Below, piece by piece: positions 1 through 12,047 of a DNA stretch of 64,000 nucleotides. A program made the position numbers and the translations under genes. This DNA comes from Octopus bimaculoides (Eukaryota): the NCBI RefSeq assembly GCF_001194135.2, contig NC_068982.1, positions 50,021,839 to 50,085,838 on the forward strand, read 5' to 3'. The notes beneath the pieces are model-generated. The model did no database searches. It was not told where the DNA came from and saw nothing but the letters and a program-made list of their open reading frames with translations. How positions within the stretch are numbered: the stretch's first letter is position 1; every line of letters starts with the position of its first letter.

Positions 1-17
1 CCCATTTACACCCACAG

Positions 18-69
<52 letters not shown>

Positions 70-2435
70 GATGGGCTTCTTTCAGTTTCTGTCTACCAAA
101 TCCACTCACAAGGCTTTGGCCAGCCAAAGGCTATAGTAAAAGACATTTGCCCAAGGTGCCACACAGTGAGACTGAAACTGGAACCATGCGGTTGGGAAGC
201 AAGCTTCTTACCACACAACCATGCCTGCACCTATGGAAGCTTTGAAAGAAAGACAAGTAATGGTGTGGAGAAAGAACATACTGTTAATGTGTAATGGGAA
301 TGATAGTTATCTGATGAATAGTTAATCACATGGATAAATGGACTATATTCAAGGAGCAGCTAATTTCCACATAGGTAAAAGAATGATATTCAAAGTATTG
401 CTGATAGCCAAAAAAATGTAAATGGATGGGCACCATCATCATCAACGTAACCATCGCCATCATTGTTTTAATGTCCACCTTTCCATGCAAGCATTAGTCA
501 GATGAGATCATTTTTTCTGCAGCTGGAATGCACTTCCTGTTGCCAAACTTCATTTATTTCCAACTGAGGTACTACTTCCTCTGGTCTTTCAAACAATGAA
601 CAGCTCAACAGCTGGACATATTTTAACAACAGATGACACCATCAATACAACAGTGACATCTATGGAGCATACAGAGAACAGAAAGACACATGCTCACACT
701 CTCTCTCTCTCACACACACACACACACAATAGGATTTCTACAGTTTCTGGCAACCATTTCAACTCACAAGGCAATAGTCAACCTGAAACTTATAGGAGAC
801 AACTACGCATTGCCTTGAAGAAGGAATGAACCCAAAGTCATGTAACTGTGAAATCAACTTAACCACAGACAGCCATAAAAAGGACAAAGCTTCTTCCTGG
901 GTCATATAGACCATAGGGTCAGTTTCTCAGATTCTCTGGCATATATTACATATTCCCCCCCACTGGGTGCAATGCCAGCCCATTGCAGAAACACTCCCTT
1001 TTGCCAGCTGAGTGGATTGGAGCAACATGAAATGAAGTGTTTTGCTCAAGAACACAATGCACTATTTGGTCTAAGAATCGAAACCACAATCTTACAATCA
1101 TGAGTCCAACACCCTTACCACTAAGCCATGCACCTCTACTTACAGAGTCATATCTAAAGTAATAGCAATCACCAAATAGATTAACAGATAATATCAAAAG
1201 AATCAAGAAATAGTACACCTCATATAATCATACGACAGATATATTTGGTGATTAGAGGATTATATCTAGAGGATTATATCTCAACAAAGCTAATTACTAA
1301 GTAGGTAAAAGACTGATATCCAAAATGATATTTATTACCCAATAGATAAAAGGTCGATATCTAAAATAATACTAATTCCTGCATAAGTAACAGAGTGGTG
1401 CTTCTGGAATGAGAATAGCTAAAGAGAAAAGAGAATTCCAATATATCAAAATTGTCTAAAGTGGTATGATGGTTTATATCATTACTGTATTTATGATGCT
1501 GGCCAGCTCTAAGCAGATTTGATAAACCAGATCTGTGATACAACAAGAAAGCATCATCCAGCTTCTTATTGATGAAACTAAAAATTTAATACTTCACATC
1601 AAAAGAACAAGCTAAGGATTTAAATCATCATCATCATTTAGCATCAATTTTCCATACTGGTATGGGTTAGACAATTTGACTGGAACCAGGTAAGTCAGAC
1701 AGCTGCACCAAGCTCCAGTCTGTTTTGGCTTGATTTCTATGGCTTGATACCCTTCCTAATGCCAGCCACTCCCTTGAGTGTACTGAGTGTCTTCTACATG
1801 TCACTAGCACAGGTGTCACTGACACTGGTGCATTTTACGTGTCACTGGCACAGGTGTTCTTTACGTGTCACCAGCACAGGTGCCTTTTATGTGTCATCAG
1901 CACAGGTGCCTTCTATATGCCACCAGCAGATAGAAGATATTAAAATATTTAAAATAGCAATCATCATCATCATTTGACATCTATTCTTCCTTGCTTGCAG
2001 GCAGAGGTCAGATAGAATTTTTTTTAGGCAGATTTTCTACAGCTGGATACCCTTCCTGTCACTGACCCTCGTATGTTTCCAAGCAAGATAACATTTTCCC
2101 ATACCTAGACATGTTTTTTATGTAAGACAAGAAATGAACAACTTAACATGTATGATGATGATGCTAACTTACAACTATCATGTGAGATGTATAGACAAGG
2201 GTTCACACACACATTTCTGTTTCCACTTACCAAATCCATCGTGGAGGCATACGGCTTAGTGGAGAGGGTATTGGACTCATGATCATAAGATTGTGGTTTT
2301 GATTCCTGGACCGGGCAACACGTGTTCTTAAGCAAAACACTTTATTCCACATTGTTCCAGTCCATTCAGCTGGCAAAAATGAGTAAACTTTCAACAGACC
2401 AGTGTCCCAACCAGGTGGGGAATATATATGCCATG

Positions 2436-2946
2436 GAAACTGATCCTTGTTTTTATTTAGCCTGTAGTAAGCCCAGATTCAAGCAGACCTATGATCAAAA
2501 TCAGTCAAGCTGTAAGCATCCTGTTTCTTTGTAAGGAATTATGTACTCAAAACTACAATATCCAATGGGTCATTTTTAAGATAAATATAAAGTGATTAGA
2601 ATAAGATAAGGTTCTTAATTCTAACAGGCCAAGTAATGATCTAGGGACTACCAAATATTACACGTCATAATTACAAAGTATCTTCAGTGATCAACGAAAC
2701 TGATCTTTATTTTTATTTAGCCCATAGTAGGCTCAGATCAAGCAGACATATGATCAGAATCAGTCAAGCTGTAGGCATCCTATTTTTTCCGTAAGGAATT
2801 GTGTGCCCAAAACTACAATATCCAATCTGTCCTTTTTAGGATAAATATAAAGTGATTAGAATAAGATAAGGCTCTTAATCCTAAGAGGCCAAACAATGAC
2901 ACAAAGACTATTATATATTACCCAATACATGTGGATGACTAGAGAC
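2436..2946. repeat. Diverged ~260-bp tandem duplication
   Basis: GAAACTGATC...CAAGCAGAC.TATGATCA.AATCAGTCAAGCTGTA...GATAAATATAAAGTGATTAGAATAAGATAAGG recurs at 2436 and 2696; a third GAAACTG start is at 2947. Confidence 0.75.
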
Positions 2947-3624
2947 GAAACTGTTACACTTGTATGGATATGTAGAGTAAATAAATGAGCAATACATGAT
3001 GCAAGGTTAACAAAAGGCTGTAAACCAACAGTGGAAGCAAAGATGATATTAGTGTCTATCAGTTTTAGCTAAATCACACCTTGCAGAAATGACTGAAGTA
3101 ATTTGCATTACACACCTGCCAAATCCATGATAGCATGGATTTGCTGTTAGAGTAGTTATCTGAAATGGGGAGGGGGAGAAGAGAGAGGAGGGTTAACAAT
3201 GATGATGATGTCAATGTTGGTATATTTGTTCTGACTGCTCTCTGAGTGAGAGTAGATAAATTCTATTACCTAGGTGACAATAATTAGGGATGGAGATTTG
3301 CATTACACTTTTGTCAAATCCATTTGAAATTCAATTTGTCAACGTCACTGACAGCAATGCTAACACTGATAAGACCAATGTTAATGACAACAACAACAAC
3401 AACAACAACAACAAAGAAAATGATGATGATAAAGAAAACTAACAGGCAAGGGCTGTGTGGTAAGAAGCTCGCTTCCCAACCATGTGGTTTTGAGTTCAGC
3501 CAACAATTGTGCAGTACCTTGAGTAAGTGTCTTCTATCATAGCCCCAAACTGAACTAGCCAAAGCTTTGTGACTGAATTCGGTGGGCAGAAACTGAAAGA
3601 AGCCTATTGTAAATAAATATATAT

Positions 3625-4107
3625 GGTGCAGGAGTGGCTGTGTGGTAAGTAGCTTGCTTACCAACCACATGGTTCCAGGTTCAGTCCCACTGCGTGACAT
3701 CTTGGGCAAGTGTCTTCTACTATAGCTTCGGGCTGACCAAAGCCCTGTGAGTGGATTTGGCAGATGGAAACTGAAAGAAGCCTGTCGAATATATATNNNN
3801 NNNNNNNNNNNNNNNNNNNNNNNNNNNNNNNNNNNNNNNNNNNNNNNNNNNNNNNNNNNNNNNNNNATATATATATATATATATATACATATGTATATAT
3901 ATATATATATGTGTCTGTGTTTGTCCCCCTAGCATTGCTTGACAACCGATGCTGGTGTGCTTATGTCCCCATAACTTAGTGATTCGGCAAAAGAGACCGA
4001 TAGAATAAGTACTAGGCTTATAAAGAATAAGTCCTGGAGTTGATTTGCTTGACTAAAGGTGGTGCTCCAGCATGGCCACAGTCAAATGACTGAAACAAGT
4101 AAAAGAG
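3625..4107 (+). mobile_element. tRNA-head SINE family A with a central (AT)/(GT) microsatellite (octopus OK/OR-type; exact family not assigned)
   Basis: A-box GGCTGTGTGGTAAG, B-box GGTTCAGTCCC, GGGCAAGTGTCTTCTACTATAGC core, tail GACTGAAACAAGTAAAAGAG. Other copies at about 1-233(-), 12525-12902(-), 18415-18560, 29755-30105, 42673-43073, 52335-52694, 53075-53745, 60915-61075 and 61300-61860(-). Confidence 0.85.
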
Positions 4108-4283
4108 TAGTGTGTGTGTGTGTGTCTTTGTGTTTGTCACCCCACCACCACCACATCAGCACTCGACAACGGGTATTGGTTTCTTTACAATCCCGTAACT
4201 TAGCAGTTCAGCAAAAGGGGCTGATTGATTTAGTGCCAGACTTAAAAATAACAATAACTGGTGAAGGGGAAAGGGCGATTTAA

Positions 4284-5163
4284 CCCTTTTGTTACCATAT
4301 TTCTATATATCTGTTGAAATCCAATGCATTTGTTTCAATAAATGTTGTTGAAAATAATGAAGACTTTAGTAGAATAACTTTGTCATTATCATTAAGTTAG
4401 CACACTGGGCGAAATGCTTTGCGGAATTTCACCCATCACTATGTTCTGAGTTCAAGTGCTGCTGAGGTTGATTTTGCCTTTCATCCTTTCAGGGTCGATG
4501 AATTAATTACCAGTTGAGTACTGGGATTGAAGTAACTGACTAGCTCCCTCCCCAAAAATTTCAAGCCTTGCACCTATAGTAGAAAAGATTATTATTCTTT
4601 TCTACTCTAGGCACAATGCCTGAAATTTTGGGGGAGGGGAGCAGTCGATTAGATCAACTCCAGTACGCAGCTGGTACTTAATTTATTGACCCCGAAAGGA
4701 TGAAAGGCAAAGTCGACCTCAGCAGAATTTGAACTCAGAACATAAAGACAGACGAAATACCACTAAGCATTTTGCCCGGCATGCTAACGATTCTGCCAGT
4801 TCGCCACCTTAGAAATGATTATTATTAAGCTAGTAAAAGCAACAAGCTAGCAGAATCATTAGCACACCAGACAAAATGCTTAGTGGTATTTCGCCTGTCA
4901 CTATGTTCTGGGTTCAAATTCCACAGAGGTCAACTTTGTCATTTATCCTTTCGGGGTCGATAAATTAAGTACCTGTGAAAGACTGGGGTCGATGTAATCG
5001 ACTAGCTCCCTCCCCCAAAATTTCAGGCCTTGAGCCTTTAGCAGAAAGGATTTTTAAGCTGGCGTTTGGAACATAACATGAAATTCTGATGAAATGTTTT
5101 AATCTAGATGACTATAAAACAGAAAATTTATATCATAAATCAGGCAGGTTTGTATCCAAAGGG
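4284..5163. mobile_element. piggyBac-like (TTAA) MITE interrupted by three SINEs
   Basis: TTAA-CCCTTTTG...CCAAAGGG-TTAA termini. The body continues across the SINE block (ATAACTTTGTCATTAT..TAAGCTGGCGTTTGGAACATAA), as in the related copy near 31500-31740. Confidence 0.65.
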
Positions 5164-6261
5164 TTAATCAATTAATGCCTTTCAAGGCAGTGCCCCAGCT
5201 TGGCCACAGTCCAGCGACTGAAACAAGTAAAAGAATAAAAGTATGTTTTACAATGAATGAAAGCATACTGGATACATTACCAAAATTAATCATGAAATTT
5301 CTTTGAAGCATCCTAACCAGTTTGGGGTTTAAATGCTATATATAGTTATATATATATAAATATATATACATACATAGATATATATATATATATATANNNN
5401 NNNNNNNNNNNNNNNNNNNNNNNNNNNNNNNNNNNNNNNNNNNNNNNNNNNNNNNNNNNNNNNNNNNNNNNNNNNNNNNNNNNNNNNNNNNNNNNNCCGG
5501 CTGACGTGTTGTGTTCTTGAGCAAAACACTTCATTTCACGCCCACTTAACCCACAAAAATGAGTAATCCTGCAACAGACCAAAGCCCGATCAAGGTGGTG
5601 AAATATATATGTCCTGGAAACCAGGAAATCAGCCCTTGTGAGTCAGCATGACTTGAGAAGTATATATATGTAACATTTTTTTTACCACCTCACAACCAAT
5701 GTTGGTTTATTTACATCCCCCATAAATCAGATTTCAGTAAAAGAGGCCAAAAGAAGAGATAGCAAGCTTAAAAAGAGATAAACACAAGCACAGGGGTTGA
5801 TTCATTAAAGTAAAACCTTTCAAGGTAGTGCTCCAGCATGAAAACATTCCAATTACTGAAACTAGTAAAAGATAAGAGATGAAAACTGTAATGTAGTGAG
5901 TCAAGAAATCAAGTGTAATTACTCCTGTAGCAAGGAGAGAGAGCTAATAATTCTTTCTATTCACTACAGATGCTAATTTAATTAATTATAACACCATGCT
6001 TCACTACATTAACTATGTCAGTACTTTTGCTTACTGCTTTGGTTTTTGTGCCCATGTTCCACTAGCTATACATTCCCCAGACCTTATTAACACACCAGCC
6101 ACATCTCATTCACAAAAAAAGTGTGTGTATGTGCGTGAACACACACACACACACACATACACACATGTATGTTGATAGATACACACACACATATATATAT
6201 ATACATGCATATATATATATCAATAAATACACATATATATATACATGCATATATATTATGC

Positions 6262-6292
<31 letters not shown>

Positions 6293-9222
6293 CACTCATA
6301 TGTATATATATATTTATATACTCATATAGGTATATATGAGTATATTTATATATATATACTCCAGCTCTGGTCACACTGTCCAACTCATGCCAGCATGGAC
6401 AACAAACATTAAATGATGGTGATGATGATGGCAATGCTGAATATCCATTTGGAATACTATTTGCCATACATAGGAATAAACAAATGGTTCATGACCTGTA
6501 GGGTAATAGCAGTTGACTTACAGGAGTCAGACAGAAGGTTGATGGGCCAAATATTACAAGTTGCCCCAGTATCAACTAATAAATGTTGTTTGGAGCTGAT
6601 GTCAAAAATGAGAAAAAAAACACTACAGACAGAGATTTAGTTGCATTCAATCTCTGGCAACAAAGTTCTCCTGGTGTTAAGCAGATGAATTAAAAGATTG
6701 AGGAGAAATATACTTTTATGAGTGTTTATTCCAAAATGACTGTAATACCAGCAGAAAAATAAAGAAATTCTGTGAGGGCTATAGAAATGCTGTTTTGAAA
6801 TTCTCCAACCACAGGAATTCAAACATGGATGGGGCCTTGGAAACTCTAACCACTCAAGCTTGTCTGTTAGAGCTTTTATTTTCTCATCAGTCAATTTGCA
6901 GAATAAAGCCAAGTGAGAGGATATGGAAGACTGAAGTGAGACAGGTGAAGTAGCCATTCTTCATTTGTTTTTTTTTTGAGGAGACTGAAGAGACAGAAGG
7001 CACCATAATACTGCCAATAAGAAATGAAAAGGGGCCAAAATGGCATGCCAAAAAAATCTACAGGGCAGAACACAGAGACTACTGCAGAAATGTAGAAAAT
7101 GTTTATGATTTGAAACATATTTCTAGTCATAGGTCACAAATTGTAGATGAGAAGAGATGATTTATGTCAGACATCACCAGCCGTTTTTCCATGTGCTTTC
7201 CAGGAGTTTTCTATTTGTGATACTTTTTATCACATGCAAAAATTTTGGATAGTAAAAGGTGTTGGAAAATTGGTAAGTGAATTTCCTCACCTACATAGCT
7301 ACATTTTAAACCACCTGTATTCATATTAACTGAAATGTCACTTAATACATCAACAATAATTAAGCCAAATTTCTTGTCATTGTTCTATGTAACAAGAAGC
7401 TTCTGTTCAGTGGTACTTCAAACACCATCTTAACGCTTTTCCTGATATTTATACACTACAGAAGATGAAATCATTTTTAAATGATACTAAAAAGAATAAG
7501 AATGTTATTACTCTAAATCCTGTGAAAAAATATACATCTGAATATCAACAGACAAGATATATATATATATATATATGAAAAGATGAATGCTTTCTTTCTA
7601 CTACAAATTGGTCTAAGGGTTCATGTAACAATAAATCGATAATAGAATTAGCTATTTTACTAAACACTCCGGAATTCTTTTCAAAATTAAGTGAAGCACA
7701 AAAGCAGTTTATTCTTATTACAAGTATGGTAACAAAAGTGTTAAAAAATAAATAAATAAAAAATTTCTAACCTATTAGTCTAAAATGTTATGACATAGGA
7801 TTTATACTAGTAATACTGTTTAACATATAACACTGTGTAACATGATTTTTATTCTTCGGTAGCAACTGTTATCTCCCTACCCTTAGAAATTATGAAAAAT
7901 GGCTATTTCAACACATGGCTATGATATTCCTCCACTATTCCTGCTCATGATCAGAGATGCACATATTGTTAGCCACTAAGGGACATGCTCAAGTGATTAA
8001 GGTCAAGCAACTGACAAGTAAATCTGTGGTAGTGAGTAGAATATTTACTTTCATGATATTTCTGCTTCAGCAATTCAGTGCTGAATCTGTTTGAAATATA
8101 TTGGGGAAATAGGTAAGTTTCAAAACATTGTGTCCAGGCCACAAAAGCAAAGTCTGAAGGGAACGGTAGTCATTTCCTTTGATTTCTAGATAGAAGTAAA
8201 TAAGAAATAGCACTTAATGACCAGAGACCTAAAAAAAAAAATTCATTACACAGTGTAATCTGTAAAATACAATACATATTTATACAGAAACAAAATATGA
8301 AAGTAATCAAGCTATATAGAACAATATATCTTCAAAAGAATCAAGGAAAAATTTGCTCAAATGGTTTCTTCCATTTCATATATGACAAAGCTGAAGTATA
8401 GCTGTTCAAATTATAATGAAGGGCAAAGAATGAGACAATAATACATTAGTATCCATTGTTACATGACAAGGTGTTGAATTAAATTCTATCTCAATCAGCT
8501 CCTTACTATGATGTCTTTGGCTAAAGTACAGCTATTAACATTTAAAATATCTTCTTTTCAAAGTTTCCACCAGCACCTACATGATTTCCAAGGAATCTTT
8601 TATTCATATCTTGATCATAAGGAGTGACTATTTTACAATTGTTGATTCAAAATTATAAATTTCCTTCCTTCAAGTTATTAGTAATATACTTTTTTTTACA
8701 TTTCAAGAATGAATCAGCAGAAACTCAATTTGTCTCCTTTATGATAAAATATGGTTATTGCCTCAACACAAACAATGAAACTAAAATAAAAAAAAAGAAA
8801 TGCAACACTTAAACAATATGAATGCATACACCTACATTATATACATTATCATCATCACCATCCTCATCATTTAATGCCATCCTGGCATGGGTTGGACAGT
8901 TTGACCAGAGCTGGTAAGGCCAGGGGCTGCACCAGGCTCCATTGTCTGTTCTGGGATGGTTCCTATAGCTGGATGCTCTTCCTAATGCCAACCACTCCTC
9001 TGTGTATACTGAGTGCTTTTTATGTTACATCAGTACCAGTACTTTTAACGTGGTACCAGCACTAGTGCTTTTTATGTGGTATTAGCACCAGTATCAATTC
9101 TGGTGTGGCAGACAGATCCCCTTGAGTACAGTAGTGTACAAATATCTCGGTCCTTAATCATCTCCTTCATAAGGCCCGGTGTCTTGAGAACGGCCTTCAG
9201 TATTTTGCCTCATGTCTTCCTG

Positions 9223-9257
<35 letters not shown>

Positions 9258-9740
9258 ATATATATATATATAATCTTGAATAGGACTTTAAACTGCATCT
9301 GGTAATGTGGTCCTGGTTTGGGAGTTCCCAGGTTTTGAGGAGTGTGGAATCACCTCTTAGCCATTATTATTCTCAGGTCTACTCTGACCCAGAAGAGTAA
9401 CATCTGTTAGGGTCCCAGTTATGGGTTAACTAGCATGTGAATTACTGGAAATGAAGGACCCCTAGACCTCATTAGAATTTCCTTCCAGTTCAAATGTAAA
9501 CTCATATGGAAAACCTAAAGTGCAGTCAGTTTCTGGTCATCTCAACCTCTGTTGTGCCATTGATTTAATAGCTGATTACACTGAAAAGTGGGTTAAGTGC
9601 TATGCAACACTTTATCCACTGAAATTCATGCGCAGGAACTTCTTGAACTCTTAGAACATTTGCAAGGACTTACTGAATTTAGGGAGAGGTCTTATTCGGT
9701 CATGAGTTGACTTACCCCATATATATATATATATATATAT

Positions 9741-9787
<47 letters not shown>

Positions 9788-9790
<3 letters not shown>

Positions 9791-10150
9791 TAATCCCTCA
9801 TCATATCACAGTTCACCTATCACGCTTTTGTCAGTTCCTCCGTGGATGCAAGGATGCAGGCTTTTGCCTACCACAATAAGTTCACACATATGTATTCCTA
9901 CTGCATTAGCATATCCAAGTATAGTTAATCTGCCCTTAGCAGCCTTAATTCTATAAGAGATCTCTCATCAGTTGTCGTCAGTGTTTTTCTGGGCAATAAC
10001 ACCAAAGCAAGGATGTTTCATCAGCATTATAGACTTGTTCTGCTGTTAAATTTTTATCACTAGTGCTCTTGGAAAAGTCATCAATGAATTTCTCTGCTGC
10101 ATCATAATCAGCAGATGCTTTATCACCATAAATCTTTAAATGTTTAATGC
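9788..10150 (-). mobile_element. pogo/Tigger-type transposon remnant
   Basis: TA followed by a TIR-like CAGTAATCCCTC at 9788. Minus-strand translation gives IKHLKIYGDKASADYDAAEKFIDDF...EQVYNADETSLLW...KTL...KGRLTILGYANAVG...VVGKSLHP, a pogo DDD domain start, with frameshifts. Confidence 0.85.
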
Positions 10151-10322
10151 TTTATTGCTATCTAACACACAAACACACACTCTTTCTCTCTCTCACCTTC
10201 ACTCCCTCTTATTACTATCTCTTTCCTCATCCCTTCACTCATGCTGTTTATATTCTATCTCCTAACCAACAACCTTATGTAGCTGTCTGTCATCCCCCTT
10301 CTGCTACTCTTTCCTCCATAAC

Positions 10323-10373
<51 letters not shown>

Positions 10374-11544
10374 TCCCTCTCTCATTACTTTGTCAGTTAC
10401 ATTCTTTCTATTCAATCACTTTACCAACAAGACCCATATAGCTGTTCCCTCTCTCTTTTCCATTACTCTTTCTTCTATCAATTTGGTTTACTTATGTTGC
10501 TCTTTCTTCTATCACCTTCAATTCTTCTCTCCCCACCCAGTTGTATGAGAAGGAAACAATCAAATAAAGACAATACTAAGAAGAGGGGACTTGCAAGAGG
10601 CAATCCAAGTAGGGCATGGACAAAAGAAATGAGAATTGCAGATCCAGTTTCCATATTCTCCACCTTGGCCTATCGCAGGATTCAATTTTGCCAACTGAGT
10701 GGATTGGAGCAACGTGAAATGTAGACTTTTGCTCAAGAACACAACACATCACCCGGTCCTGGAATCGAAACCACAATCTTACAATAATGAGTTCAACACC
10801 CTAACCACTATGCCACGTGCCTCCACATTTAACAGAGACAAGAGTAATCTGAATGCTGACGGGTTAAATATAAACAGTTTGAAACTAATAGCTTTGTTTC
10901 AAAGAACAGGAAGCAATCGAAATTGGTTTGGTATCAGAGTGAGTTAAAGAAATCATAAAGTTATCATACATACACACAAACTCTCTCTTAATTTCAGTCT
11001 CTTAGCATTTTGTTTCATTTAAACACATCCAATCTTCAAATTTCTCAGTCACTAATTAAAATGATGCCTTCACACAGTAATAACAGTTGCACATTAAACT
11101 CGACAAAGTTTGTTTATTTCAGAACTAATCCAAAAATGTAGATTGACTTACAAATACAGAAGGAGATTGAAACAAAACAATGAATAAAGAGAAAATGTCT
11201 TACTGCTTAAATATTTCATAGAAGAGCTTGGGGGCCTAATCAGGGAGACTGACTATTGATTCGTTAGATTTTTTAGTTTGTGCAGACCTGATGAGTATTG
11301 CTTCTGTTAATTTGCACTGAGTTTAAACTAATTTACTAAGTTTTGCAGAAATTTGTTCATTTTGAAATGAATGACTAGAAGATTGAACCTTCCTAAATTT
11401 AGGAAATGAAAGAAAGCAAAAAATAAAGCAGAACAGTTAAATTTACTTTCTTAATTAGTTACATTACTTTGTTGACTGCAGTCACAGAACTATAGCTAGG
11501 GCACCACCTTTAAAGGTTTAGTCAGTCACATCAATTGCAGTACT

Positions 11545-12047
11545 TAGTAAAGGTAAAGTTACCTTCTCGAGTCATATCGACTCGTAAGGGTCAGTTTCTC
11601 GGTTTCATGGTGTATATATTCCCCACCTGGCTGGGACACCAGTCCATCACAGGATTACTCATTTTTGCCAGCTGAGTGGACTGAAGCAACGTGAAATGAA
11701 GGGTTTTGCTCAAGAACATGTGTCACCAGGTCCAGGAATCGAAACCACAATCTTACAATTATGAGTCCAACACCCTAACCACTAAGCCTGCACCTCTACA
11801 AAGTTTCCTTCTCAAGTCATACTGATTCATAAGGGCCAGTTTTCCAGTTTCATGGCATATATATCCCACACCCGGATGGGACGCTAGTCCATTGCCGGAT
11901 TACTCATTTTTGCCAGCTGAGTAAACTGGAGCAATGTGAAATGAAGTGTTTTGCTCAAGAACACAACATATCACCTAGTCTAGGAATCAAAATCACAACC
12001 TTACAATCATGAGTCCAATACCTTAATCACTGAGCCATACACCTCCA
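11545..12047 (-). mobile_element. Two tandem head-to-tail copies of tRNA-head SINE family C
   Basis: Minus-strand head GTGGAGG..TGGCTTAGTGGTTAGGGTGTTGGACTCA..GTGGTTTCGATTCCTGGACC occurs twice (about 11545-11797 and 11800-12047). Other copies at about 880-1138, 2240-2440(+), 5497-5660(+), 10590-10825, 20220-20400 and 31000-31270. Confidence 0.8.
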
